Shown piece after piece: positions 38,160-49,773 of a DNA stretch of 64,000 nucleotides (positions within the stretch are counted from its first letter, which is position 1; the number at the start of each line of letters is the position of its first letter). The notes beneath the pieces are model-generated. The model was given only the letters and a program-made list of their open reading frames with translations, did no database searches and was not told where the DNA came from. The translations under genes and the position numbers were made by a program. Where the stretch lies: positions 17,298,001-17,362,000 of the forward strand of contig NC_082706.1 of NCBI RefSeq assembly GCF_030144855.1, given 5' to 3'. Source of the stretch: Hypanus sabinus (taxonomy: Eukaryota).

Positions 38160-41100
38160 ATTTGATTAGGGGAACAGACAGGAAGTTCTGTGGATGAGAG
38201 CAGTCCAGATGGTATGTTGCTCCCTGGGTGCCAGGGTCTGGGACATCTCAAATCATATCCTCAGCACTCTTAATTGGGAGGGTGAGCAGCCAAGGGTAGT
38301 GGTCCACGTTGGCACCAGTGACATGGGCAGGAAGGGTGACAAGATTTTGCAAAGCGAATTCAGGGAGTTATGTGCCAAGTTAAAGCTTCGGACCTCCAGG
38401 GTTTTGATCTCAGTGTTGCTACGTATAAACATGCTTGTGAGGCCAGAAGCAGGAAGATCATACAGTTTAACATTTTACCAGGGAGATGGTGCTGGAGGGA
38501 GGGCTTCAGGTTTTGGATTACTGAGCACTCTTCCAGAGAAAGTGGGACTTGTGCAAATGGGATGGTTTGCACCTGAACTGGAAGTGTCATGGTCCCTTCT
38601 GGCACCTGGCTATTTTCCTCAGGAATTGGGCCTTAACCATCTTGTTTAGTTCCCAATCATTCTCCCGGTTCCAACAACTACAAACACCTGCATCCCATCA
38701 ACTAAAGCAGTATAAGAATCCTGTGACCACAACTAGAAGGTGCTAGTTTGTTGATGAGTAAGCTCATTCGGTGGGACTTAAGACTATCAGTTCTAAGTCT
38801 AACCTTGTTCCTGAATTATCTACTGGAACCAAGAATCCAGGCAAAGACTCTCTTGGAACCCTAACCCTTCCCACACCTGCTACGATGGTAATGCCTCCTG
38901 ACTTGGCCTCTGTACCTGTGTTCAGCACTTGGGTTCATTCCACCCCCATGTCCTTGTAACAGGAAGAGGAATTAATACCCTTGTAGGAAGGTTTGCTTGT
39001 GTTGCATAGTGGGGGAGGGGGGTAGATTTAACTAGAATTGCAGGGGGAAAGCAGAATGTTTGAGTAGATAGTGGAGTGGTTATGGGGAAAGATGTTATTA
39101 AGCCTACATACAAAGTCAAGAACCAAAAGGTTGAGCATGGTGGGAGTGTGCATACTTAAATGTCAGGAGTATTGTGGGAAAAAAAGGCAGATGAGCTCAG
39201 GGCAAGGATCAGTACATGGGATTATAAGATTCTTGCCATTAGTGAGACTTGGTTGCAGGAGGGGCAGGAACTGGCAGCTCAGTGTTCCAAGATTTTGTTA
39301 TTTTAGATGTGATAGTGTGGAAGGGATTAGAGGGGGAGGAGAGGCATTACCAGTCAGGAAAAATATCACAGACAGGAAAGGCCGGAGAGCTCATCTGCTG
39401 AGACTTGTGGGTACAGCATGAGGAACAAGAAAGGGATAACCACATTAATGGGTTTATATTAGAGAGCACCCAACGGTCAGTGGGATGTAGAGGAGCAGAT
39501 TTCTAGAGAGATTGTGGACTGTTGCAAGAAACATAAGGTTGTGATAGTAGGTGATTTTTTAACTTTCCACATATTGACTGGGACTCCCAGACTGCAGAAG
39601 AGCTGGATGGTACAGAGTTCAAACGTTTTCAGGAATGTTTCCGTAATGAATATATAGACATCCCATCTAGAGGAAAGATGATACTAGACGGAGATAGGGC
39701 AGGTGACAGAAGTTTCATTACTAAATGAAACACTTTTCATCTAGTGATCATAATGCCATTTGTTTCAAAGTAATTATGGACAAGGATCGGTCTGGGCCTC
39801 AGATTAAGTTTGTAAGTTGGATAAAGATCAATAATGATATCAGAAAGAATCTGGCAAGTGTGGATTGGGACGGGTTGTTGTCTGGCAAAGACGAACTTGA
39901 TAAGTGGGAGGCCTTTGACAGTAATATTTTTGAGAGTATAGAGTTTATATGTTCCTGTCAGAATTAAAGGCAAGGATAGCAGGCTGAGGGAACCTTGTTT
40001 GTTGAGATCTATTGGGGCCCAGGTTAAGAAGATGGAGATGCACAGCTGATTTTGGCAGGAAGGAGGAAATGAGGCATTGAGGAGTATGAGAAATGTGAGA
40101 ACTTTTAAGATCAGGAGGGCTGAAAGACAACATGAGGTAGCTCTAGCAGACAAGGAGAAGGAGAATCTGAGGGTTTGAACAGGTACCTATATTAAGCATA
40201 ATTAGCCCTTTGGAAGTTCAGAATGATTACCTATGCATGGACTGAAAGATGAGGATGATTTTAAATGGATTTTTTTTTACATCTGTATTTATTTGGGATA
40301 CAAGTGAAGTCTACAGAAGTGAGGCAAAGCAGCAGTGAGGTCATGGGCCATATACAGACTATAGAGGAGGTGTTTGCTGTCTTGATGTTAATTAGGGGGG
40401 CATAAATCCCCTGGGCCTGACAGAGTTTTCTTGGACCTTTTGGGAGACAATTGCAGGAACTGTGGCAGAGATATTTAAAACATTCTTAGCCACAGGTGAG
40501 GAGCCAGAGATTTGGAGGATAGGTGATGTTCCACTGTTTAAGAAAGGCTCTAAGAATAAGCCAGGTAATTATAGGCCGGTGAGCCTGACATCAGTAGTGG
40601 ATAAGTTATTTGAAGGTATTCTGAGGGACCAGTTATATAAGTATTTGGTTAGACAGGGACTGATTTGAGATAGTCAACATGGCTTTGTGCATGGTAGGTC
40701 CCGTCTAACCAATCTTACGGAGTCTTTCAAGGAAATTATAAGGAATGTAGATGAAGGCAAGGCAGTGGATGGTGTGTACATGGACTTTAGCTAGGCACTT
40801 GACAAGGTCACACATGGGAGGATGGTCAAGAAAGATCATTCACTTGGCATTCAAGATGAGGTAGTAAATTCTATTAGAAATTGGCTTCACAGGACAAACT
40901 GTAAAGTGAGAGCTGATGATTGCCTATCTGACTGGAGGCCTGTGACTAGTGGTGTGCTACAGGGATTGGTGCTGGGTCTGTTTGCCATCTGCTGTATAAC
41001 AACAATGTGGATGATACTGTGGTAAACCGGATCACAAATTTGCGGATGACACCACGATCGGAGGTGTATGCATCAGTGAGGAAGCCTATCAAAGTTTGTA

Positions 41101-41878
41101 ATGGAAACAACACTGGCTGAAAAATGGCAGATGGAATTTAATGCAGGCAAGTGTGAGGTGTGGCACTTTGGGAAGACAAAACAAGGTAGGTCATACATGG
41201 TGAGCAGCAGGGCACTGAGAGGTGTGATAGAACAGGCGTCTGGAAAGACAGGATAATAACTCCTTGAAAGTGGTGCCAGAAGTAGACAAGATTGTAAGGA
41301 AAGCCTTTGGCTTATTGGCCTTTGTAAATCAAAGTACTGGGTACAGGAGTTGAAGATGTTGGTGAGGCCTAATTTGGAGTATTGTGTGTTGTTCTGGTCA
41401 CCTGCCTACGAGAGATGCTGTACGTCAGTCAGATTGAAAGTGCATAGAGAAAGTGTTGCCAGATGAAGATCTGAGTTGTAGGGAAAAGTTGAATAGTTTA
41501 GGACTTTACTCTCTAAAGCGTAGGAGAGTCAGGGGAGCTTTGATAGAGATGTACAAAATTGAGGGGTAGAGATGGGGTAACTGCAAGCAGGTTTTCTCCA
41601 CTGAGATTGGGTGAGACTAGAACTAGAGGCCACGGGTTAAGGGTGAAATGTTTAAGGGGAACATGAGGGAGAAATTGTTCACTCAGAAAATGGTGAGAGT
41701 GTGGAATGAGCTGCCAGTGGAAGTGGTGGACACGGGATTGATTTCAACATTTAAGAGAAGTTTGGATAAGTAAATGGATGTGAGAGCTGTAGTTGATGGG
41801 GTGAGGCAGATTAAAAGTTTAACACACAGTAGATGGGTTGAAGGGCCTGTTTCTGAGCTGTAGTGTTCTGACTATGAC
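38160..41878 (+). mobile_element. Long degenerate CR1: ORF1 SGNH-esterase part, ORF2 endonuclease and RT
   Basis: GEQPRVVVHVGTSD and DGLHLNW (ORF1); GDFNFP-like, SDH, GNYRPVSLTSVV, QHGF, FDKV, KFADDT (ORF2); CR1 tail. Confidence 0.9.
38585..38961 (+). mobile_element. Solo LTR family B inserted in CR1 ORF1
   Basis: TG...CA ends, TSD GGAAG (38580-38584 and 38962-38966), TATAA at ~38711. Confidence 0.88.
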
Positions 41879-42049
41879 CGACAAGCAACCAAAGTGCAAG
41901 TGAAGAAAAATTCTGCAAATATAATAGAGATGTGGTTTAACCCCTCTCAGACACAGGTAGTGGAAGCACAGCCATGACTGTCAGCTTGACCCAGGCAAGG
42001 TGGCTGATCACACCTGCCCCACCATAGTAGTGTGTTACACCTCAATATA

Positions 42050-42591
42050 CACTCAGAGACCACTTTGAGGTAGACCTGTACACCCACTCGTTAATACAAA
42101 TATCTAATCAGCCAATCATGTGGCAGCAGTTCAATGCATGAAAGTATGCAGACATGGTCAAGAGGTTCAGTTGTTGTTCAGAGTAAGCATCACAATGGGT
42201 AAGAAATGTGACCTAAGCGACTTTGTGGAATAATTGTTGGTGCCAGATTGGGTGGCTTGAGTATCTCAGAAACTGCTGATCTTCTGAGAGTTTCATACAT
42301 AGCAGTCTCTAGAATTTACAGAGAATGGTGATAAGCAAAAATGAGCCAGTGGATAGGAGTTTTGTGGGCAACAATGCCTTGTTAATGAGAGAGGTTGGTT
42401 CAAACTGACAGAAAGGTGCCAATAACTCAAATAGCCACATGTTATGACAATGAGCTGCCAAAGAGCAGCTCTGAATGCCCGGCGTATCAAACCTTGGAGT
42501 GGATGGGCTTCAACAGCAGAAGACCACAAACACACACTCAGTGGACACTTTATTAGATACAGGAGGTACCTAATACAGTGCGCACTGAATG
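42050..42591 (+). mobile_element. Tc1-like non-autonomous element, copy 2
   Basis: Same TIRs and TA flanks; MGKKCDLSDF..IIVGAR.GGLSISETADLL remnant. Confidence 0.9.
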
Positions 42592-42749
42592 TATTGAATC
42601 ATAGAAAGATACAGCAGGCTGTTCCATGCACAGCAACCATTAAACACCTATTTGACCAAATTCTACATCTTTCAATTTTCATTTTTTTTTCTTTTTGTAT
42701 TTTCCCTGCATCAATTTCCATAACCCTGATCAATTTGTTCCACTCCTTA

Positions 42750-43765
42750 ACATGAAGTGGGCATAAGGTGGTAAAGAGGCATAGGGCATGCTTGGTTTCA
42801 TTGGTTGAGACAACTTCAAGAGTCAGGAAGCTACTCTGCAGGTTTATAAGACTTTAATGAGGCTGAATTAAGAGTATTGAATTCATTTCTGATCGCCCAT
42901 TATAGGAAGGATGTGGAGGCACTGGTGAGCATGCAGACGAGGTTTACCAGGATACTGCCTGGTTTAGAAGGGCATGTGCCATTAGAAAAGTTTGGACAAA
43001 CTTGAGTTGTTTTCTCTGGAGCAACAGAGACTGAGAGGAGAGCTCACTGAAGTTTATAAGATTGCAAAGGCATAGATTGACAGCCAATATCTTTTTTCCT
43101 CTGGGTCAAAATTGCAAATACTAGAATGCATGCATTTAAGACGAGATTGGAAATTTCAAAAAGAGATGTGCCGAGCAAGTTTTTTTTACACTGAAAGCAG
43201 CCAGTGCTTGGAATGTACTGACTGGGGTGGTGTTGAACACAGAGGTATTTAAGAGATTCTTAGCTGGATGACAAGCAATCAGATTCATACATCGTGGATA
43301 CAGGCCTTTGGCCATCCAACTGAGACACTGCCAACCACCCATTTACACCAATCCTACATAATTCCATATTTTATTGTCCTCACATTCATAGAATCATAAA
43401 GCACTACAACACAGAAACAGGCCTTGTGGTCCATCTAGTTCATGCCAAGCTTTTGCTCTGCCAAGTCCCATCGACCTGCCCCCGGACCATAGCCCTCCAT
43501 ACCCCTCCCATTCATGCGCTTATCCAAATTTCTCCTAATATTTTGCAGTTGAACCTTCACCGCTATTTCCACTGGCAGCTCATTCCACACTCTCACCATC
43601 CTCTGAGAAGCTCCACCCTCATGTTCCCCTAAAACATTTCACATTTCACCTTTAACCCATGACCTCCAGCTCCAGTCTTACCCCATCTCAGTGGAAGAGC
43701 TTTCTTGTATTTACCCTCTCTATGCCCCCTCATGATTTTGTTTACATCTACCAAATCACCTCTCA
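42750..43765. mobile_element. Two CR1 3' fragments (plus 42750-43272, minus 43385-43765)
   Basis: YRKDVEAL..MQTRFTRILPG on plus; reverse CR1 tail catagaatcata at 43387. Confidence 0.75.
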
Positions 43766-44953
43766 TCAGTTCTCCCCCACATTCAAACACTCACCCACAC
43801 ACTTTGGAAAATTCACAGTGGCCAGTTAACCTTCCAACCCGCATATCTCTGGGATGTGCGAGAAAACGTACGCAGCCATAGAGGGAAAATGAAAGTGCCA
43901 CAAAGGCAGTTGAACCAGAGTCTCTGGCACTCTGAGGCAGCAGCAATTAGCCCTTGTATGGTGGCACCATGGTGTTTTGAAGATTAACACCTCAAATTCT
44001 GCCAAGTCAAATTCATTCAATGAAGGTGCAAGGTAAAGTTGCCCTGCTGTGCAAATCACCTTGCACCTTTTTAGATTCTTCCAAAACACTCAGAAAGTAA
44101 ACTGATCCAGTGAATATCAAGATCCAAGATTCAAGACTGATTTTCATCACCCTTCCGAAAATGAAGTTATCCAGTTCTGGATTTCACAATGAATACAGCT
44201 TTTCTGTTTCTATCGAAGAGTGGGTGTCCCTCTTACTCGGCATCTATGCCCTGATCAGTTTCACTGACAGATGAAATTATGGCACATCTTTGCAGGAGAG
44301 AGCCACTTGGTGACAAACACCCTTGGTAGATTTTCAAAGGCTATTAAGTGTTGGCATGCATTAGAAAAATCGTTTCCTTTTTTCTAAATTTAAGCAGGTG
44401 CCAACGAACCCCTCATGTGGGAAGCTTCAACTGGTTTTATTGTGAAGTGATGTTTCATTATTTCTGATTGAGCTGTTTAAATAATAGCAAGAGAAAAGAA
44501 ATGTTCGATTCTGCACAGCAGAGGGAAGCTTTTCAGATGCAAAATACTTGGTAAAGCTTTCAACACTGACATCTCCAGCCCCCAAGATTTTCTTGATTGA
44601 CCACCAGATATGATGACATTTCAAGGCCATTCCTTTCTTTTCATATTGAAACGTTTCCAGAATATTGATTGAGGAAGCCAACAGTCTCTTTTATATTTGC
44701 AGCGGGCAGGTAAACATGTTATTGAGGTACAAATCCAAGGACTTTCAACTTTTACCTTTTGTTAACACTCTCTTTTAAGGTATTGATTTTTACAAGGTTA
44801 CTGATTCCACAGATGTCAAGTGCAATTGATTATCTCACTCAAATGGCCACAGTTTGTGTTTCACAGGGTTTACAGACTACTTTGGGTGTCAAGCCAAGTT
44901 TAGACCTTGACCCCAATGGATAAAGTGCACTAGTAGAGAGTCGGAGGTTCATA

Positions 44954-45464
44954 CAGTCAGTGGCTACTTTAATAGGTACAACTGTACACCTGCTCATTAT
45001 CGCTGATATTTAATCAGCCAATCATGCTGCAGCAACTCAATGCATAAAGGCAACCAGAAATAGTCAAGAGTTTTAGTTGTTGTTCAGACCAAGCATCAGA
45101 AATATGATCTAAGTGGAATGATTGTTGGTGCCAGACAGGATGGTTTGAATATCTTAAAAACTGCTGATCACCTGGGATTTTGATACACAACAGCCTCTAG
45201 AGTTTACAGAGAATGGCATGAAAAACAAAATGAAATCCAGTAAGCGGCAGTTCTCTGAGTGAAAACTCTTTGTAAATGAGAGCAGTCCGAGGAGAATGGC
45301 CAGACTGGTTCAAGCTGACAGTAAATCAAATAACCACGCATTCCAACAATTTCTGGATGTGCAACACGACAAACCTCAGTCTATTGCAGCAGAAGACTAC
45401 AAACATGCACTCAGTGCCTACTTTATGTTGTATTGGAGGTACCTAATAAAGTGGCTATTAAATG
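44954..45464 (+). mobile_element. Tc1-like non-autonomous element, copy 3
   Basis: Same TIRs and TA flanks; RRMARLVQAD remnant. Confidence 0.88.
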
Positions 45465-45604
45465 TAGGTTTGCGCAGCACACAATCAGTCCATTGCATCT
45501 ATACCAACCATCATGCCAGTCTATTTTATCAACACTTGCTTGAATTAATTCTATATTCCTATGTTCGGAATTGGAATCAGAATCAGATTTCTTATCTTTA
45601 CTGA

Positions 45605-45740
45605 GCTGACATGACGAAGGGTCTCAGCCCAAAACGTCGACAGTGCTTCTCCTCATAGGTGCTGCCTGGCCTGCTGTGTTCCACCAGCATTTTGTGTGGT
45701 TTGTTTGAATTTCCAGCATCTGCAGATTTCCTCGCGTTTG
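45605..45740 (+). mobile_element. Penelope-like terminal repeat with hammerhead-like motif
   Basis: tgacgaagggtctcagcccaaaacgtcgacag followed by the family tail. Confidence 0.75.
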
Positions 45741-46421
45741 ACATGAAATTTGTTGTTTTACAGTAGCAATACAGCGCAAAGGCAAACATTTATTAATTTA
45801 TTTATTGAGAAACAGCGCAGAACAGACCCTTCCAGCTCAACCCTAGCCTAATCGTGAGACAATTTACAATGACCAACTAACCTAGCAACTGGTACATCTT
45901 TGGAATGTGTGGTGGAAACTGGGAACACTCGGAGGAAGTTCAAGGGGTCACAGGGAGAACACACAAACTCCTAACAGGCAGCAGTGTGAATTGAACCGGT
46001 GTCGCTGGTACTGTAAAGCATTGTGCTACCGTCCCACCCTATCAATAATTTGCAAAAATAAATAAACAGTGCAACAAAATAAAATGAGGTGGTGTTCATG
46101 GGTTCAGGGCCACTCCAAAGCTGTTTCTGTGTCGTTAAGTGTGGGTTGTCAAGTTGCTTCACATTCTCCCTGGTGGTAATAACAAGAAAAGTGCATGTTC
46201 TGAACATTGAGGGTCATAGTGATGGGCACCAACTTCTGAAGGCACAGAATCTTGAAGTAGGGTCTCGACCCAAAACATGGACTGTTCGTTCAATTTCATA
46301 GATGCTGCTTGACTGCTGAGTTCCTCCAGCATTTTGTGTTTGTTGTTCTTAAGATATTGCCTCTTAAGGATATGCTTAATGGTCCCAGGATGGAGCTGGC
46401 TAAGTCTTTGACCCTCAATAG

Positions 46422-46500
46422 CAGGGGTTCCTAGCATTTTTATGCTATGGACCCCTGCCATTAATCGAGGGGTCTGTGGACACTCGGTTTAGAGCCCATG
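46422..46500 (-). mobile_element. Tiny hAT-type MITE
   Basis: caggggttcc start; degenerate 8-bp TSD ctcaatag/ctctatgg. Confidence 0.7.
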
Positions 46501-46529
46501 CTCTATGGCTCTTGTGATCTTCCATGTCA

Positions 46530-47475
46530 GAATATCTCCACCATGCACCTATAGGAATTCCCTGATGACTCTGTGGTGGTTGGATGTATCAGATGATGGG
46601 CAGGAGTCAGCAAAAAGAGGATTGGTGGACAAGTTTGAGGAGTGGTGCGGGAGGAATCACCCGCTCCTGAATGTGGCCGAAACCAGGGAGGAGGTGATTG
46701 AGTTTAGGAGGAAGGGGACTGTGACGAGTCCTGTATAGATGCTGGGAGAAGAAGCTGCATGGTACAGGAGTACAAATACTTGGGTGTTCACCTCGACAAC
46801 AGACTTGACTGGAAAACCAACACCAAGGCTGCTTATGAGAAGGGGATGAGCAGACTCTCTAAGGAAACTGTGATCCTTCAATGTGTGCAGTAGGATTTGG
46901 AGATCTTTTACCAGTCTATTGTAGCGAGTGCAGTCTTCTTTGCGGCTTTGTGATGGGAGAGCAACATCAGTGATGGTGATGCAAAAAAACTAAATAAACT
47001 CATCGAAAAGACTGGATCCATCCTTGGCTACAACCTGGACTCTTCTAAGTTAGTGGTGGAGAGGAGGTCACTAAACAAACTGTTATCCATCATGGGTAAT
47101 CTGGCACATCCTCTCCATGACCTACTGAATAAGCAGCAGAGAACCCTTTTGAACAGACTTATTCAGCTCCGCTGTCACAAAGGTTGTTACAGAAAATCTT
47201 CCCCAGCAAGTGAAATAAGCATATACAACAGTTCATCTCTGTGCAACAGGAGAACACACAACGTAGGACAATAGTCTCTGTTGCATTATTTCATACATTA
47301 TTATCACACATTGGTTAATTATCATTGCGTTTATTATTATTCTGTACTTTATTATTAATTATTATAATCACTACAGTATATTTATTATTGTTTCTAAGTG
47401 TGCTTTTAAATGTTGTTGCTGTAACTAAATAATCTCCCACTCAGGATCAATAAAGTACTTAATATTATTATTAAA
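46530..47475 (+). mobile_element. Rex1/Babar LINE 3' ~0.95 kb inserted into an antisense Rex1 fragment
   Basis: EWCGRNHPLLNVAETREEVIEFR, YKYLGVHLDNRLDW, HPLHDLL; caataaagt...(att)n tail. Confidence 0.85.
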
Positions 47476-47599
47476 CTTGTAAGGAGTTTTCAGAATCACT
47501 CTGAATCTCTTCAAACTCCTAATGAAGTAGAGCCACTGGCATCAATGTGTTGGGTCCAGGATAGATCCTGTGAGATATTGATATCTAGGGACATCTTAG

Positions 47600-48115
47600 C
47601 CCCATGTACCTGCCCAGGTGTCCTTAACTGTTGTTACAGTTTTGTGTCTTCACCAGCTACTCCAGCAGCTCAATCCAGATACCAACTACTCTTTGAGTGA
47701 AAACTTTATCCCTCAGATCCACTTTAAATCTCATTCCCCTCATCTACCCCATCTGGATTTAGACATCCCTACCTTGGAAATCTGAAACTATCCATGTTAG
47801 CAGTGCCTCCCATAATTTTATAATCATTTATCAGATCACCTCAGCATCCTTTGCTCCAGGACAAACAAATACTTCCAGTCCATGTAGTCTCATTGTCACT
47901 CAAGCCCTCCAATCTAGTCAATACCCTTGTGAAATTTTCTTCACCCTCTCTAGCTTAACCAGCACCCCCCTCCCCCGAGAGTGTGGTGACCAGAACTGCA
48001 TGTAATACTCCAAGTGAGGCCAACCCAACATTGTCCACAAGTTTAACATGATATCTCAAATTTTAAAGTCAAAGGCTTGGCCAATGAAAGCAAGCACATC
48101 ATACACCTTCCTCAC
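47600..48115 (-). mobile_element. Degenerate CR1 fragment
   Basis: Reverse of PHLEYYMQFWSPH. Confidence 0.75.
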
Positions 48116-48244
48116 TTTCTCTGTCGTGTTCTGGTCCTTCATTTCTGTGCTGCTGGGAAGAGAAGACTTACAGGGAAGTCTCTCTAGTTCTAGCCTCTAG
48201 GGAAATGGACGTGTAAAATGCAAGTGGCAGGGGAAATCAATATA

Positions 48245-48764
48245 CACTGAGTGGCCACTTTATTAGGTACCTCTTGTATGTGGTCTTGATTTTGCATGTT
48301 TGTGGTCTTCTGCAGCTGTAGCCTATCCAGTTCAAGGTTCAACATGTTGTGTGCTTGGAGATGGTCTCCTGCACAGAATTGTTGTAATGTGTGATTATTT
48401 AAATTACCTTAACATTTCTGTCAGTTTGAGCCATTCTGGCCAAGCTCTCTCATGAACACCTTTTTACCCACAGAACTTCAGCTCATTGGATGTTTTTTGA
48501 TTTTTTTTGCACTCCAAACTTCTGTGTGAGAATCCCAGGATATTAGCAGTTTCTGAGGTACTCAGACTACCTCATCTGGTACCAATAAAGCTCACAGTAA
48601 AAGTCATTTCTTCCCCACTCTGATATTGGTTTGAGCAACAACTGAATCACTTGACCATGTCTGCATGCTTTTATGCATTGAGTTGCCGCCACATGATTGG
48701 CTGATTAGATATTTGCATTAATGAGCTGGTGTACAGGTGTAGCTAATAAAATTTCATTTGAGTG
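48245..48764 (-). mobile_element. Tc1-like non-autonomous element, copy 4
   Basis: cactgagtggccactttattaggtac TIR, TA flanks, reverse of the family body. Confidence 0.88.
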
Positions 48765-49063
48765 TAGAATAGGTGATTATGCCAATACTGGCTCATCCTT
48801 GAGAATCCTGGAAACAGCAGCTCAGTCTGCATCAGAAAAGAGGATTAAAAGGTTACTGATCAATAGCCATTTATCAATTTGCCCATTGAAATCTTGTGTA
48901 GAACATTCATTCAGAAGGCAACAATGAACCAAAATAAAATGAATTGAGGTGTAATTAGATACTGAAATTGTGGAGGAATTAAAACTAACAAATATTTTCC
49001 ATCCTCTCTGTATCAGCCATTATTGTTCATTATTATTCTGTTCAAATGCGTGTTTGTTTTTGA

Positions 49064-49205
49064 TATCTCTCTGCCTATCCGATATCTATCTCGATATTAA
49101 TCTCTCTGTGTCAATCTATCTCTGTCTATCTGCCATCTATTTATCAATCTACCTTTCTGCCTTTCATCTTGAGTGTCTATTTATCTATCTACCTGATTAT
49201 CTTTG
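49064..49205. repeat. Degenerate (TATC)n microsatellite
   Basis: Seen directly in the sequence. Confidence 0.75.
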
Positions 49206-49555
49206 TACAAAGGAAGTTGAAGCAGCATTTGTTGAGTATAAGATTTTTCAGTATCTCCCATCTCTTGTTTGTCTGTTTCCCTGTGTGTGATTTAATCCTC
49301 TTGCCCATTTTATTGCAGTGAAACATTGCAATGTGCGGCTAGATTGTGTTTATTTCTGGGCATGAGCTGAGTTGACGAGGTCTTAGTGCGGGGACGTTTA
49401 GTGGCTGGTTGTCAGTGATGAGGGGCTTCAGGCTCAAGGTGAGTTATGTAGGTTCATCACTTTGGAGCAGAGAGGGTGAAGAGATTTAACAGACATCCCC
49501 AATGTTTGGTCTTTGCTCCAGAGAGATGGGCATTAACGTACAAAACAGGTTCAAT

Positions 49556-49773
49556 CGGACAGATAGATAAACAGGCAGAGAGCGGACAGACAGACAGACA
49601 GATAGATAGATAGGTAGATAGATGGATAGATAGTTAGGTTGGCTGGCAGATAGAATACAGATAGATACATAGATAGATCAATAGATACCGTAGATAGATA
49701 GGTAGATGGATAAATAGTTAGACAGGCAGGCAAGCAGATAGACAGACGGACAGATAGATAGATAAATAGATGG
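49556..49773. repeat. (GATA/GACA)n microsatellite
   Basis: Seen directly in the sequence. Confidence 0.9.

Noticed and set aside
48970-49733. ORFs rich in IYLS repeats
   Set aside because: These are translations of TATC/GATA microsatellites.
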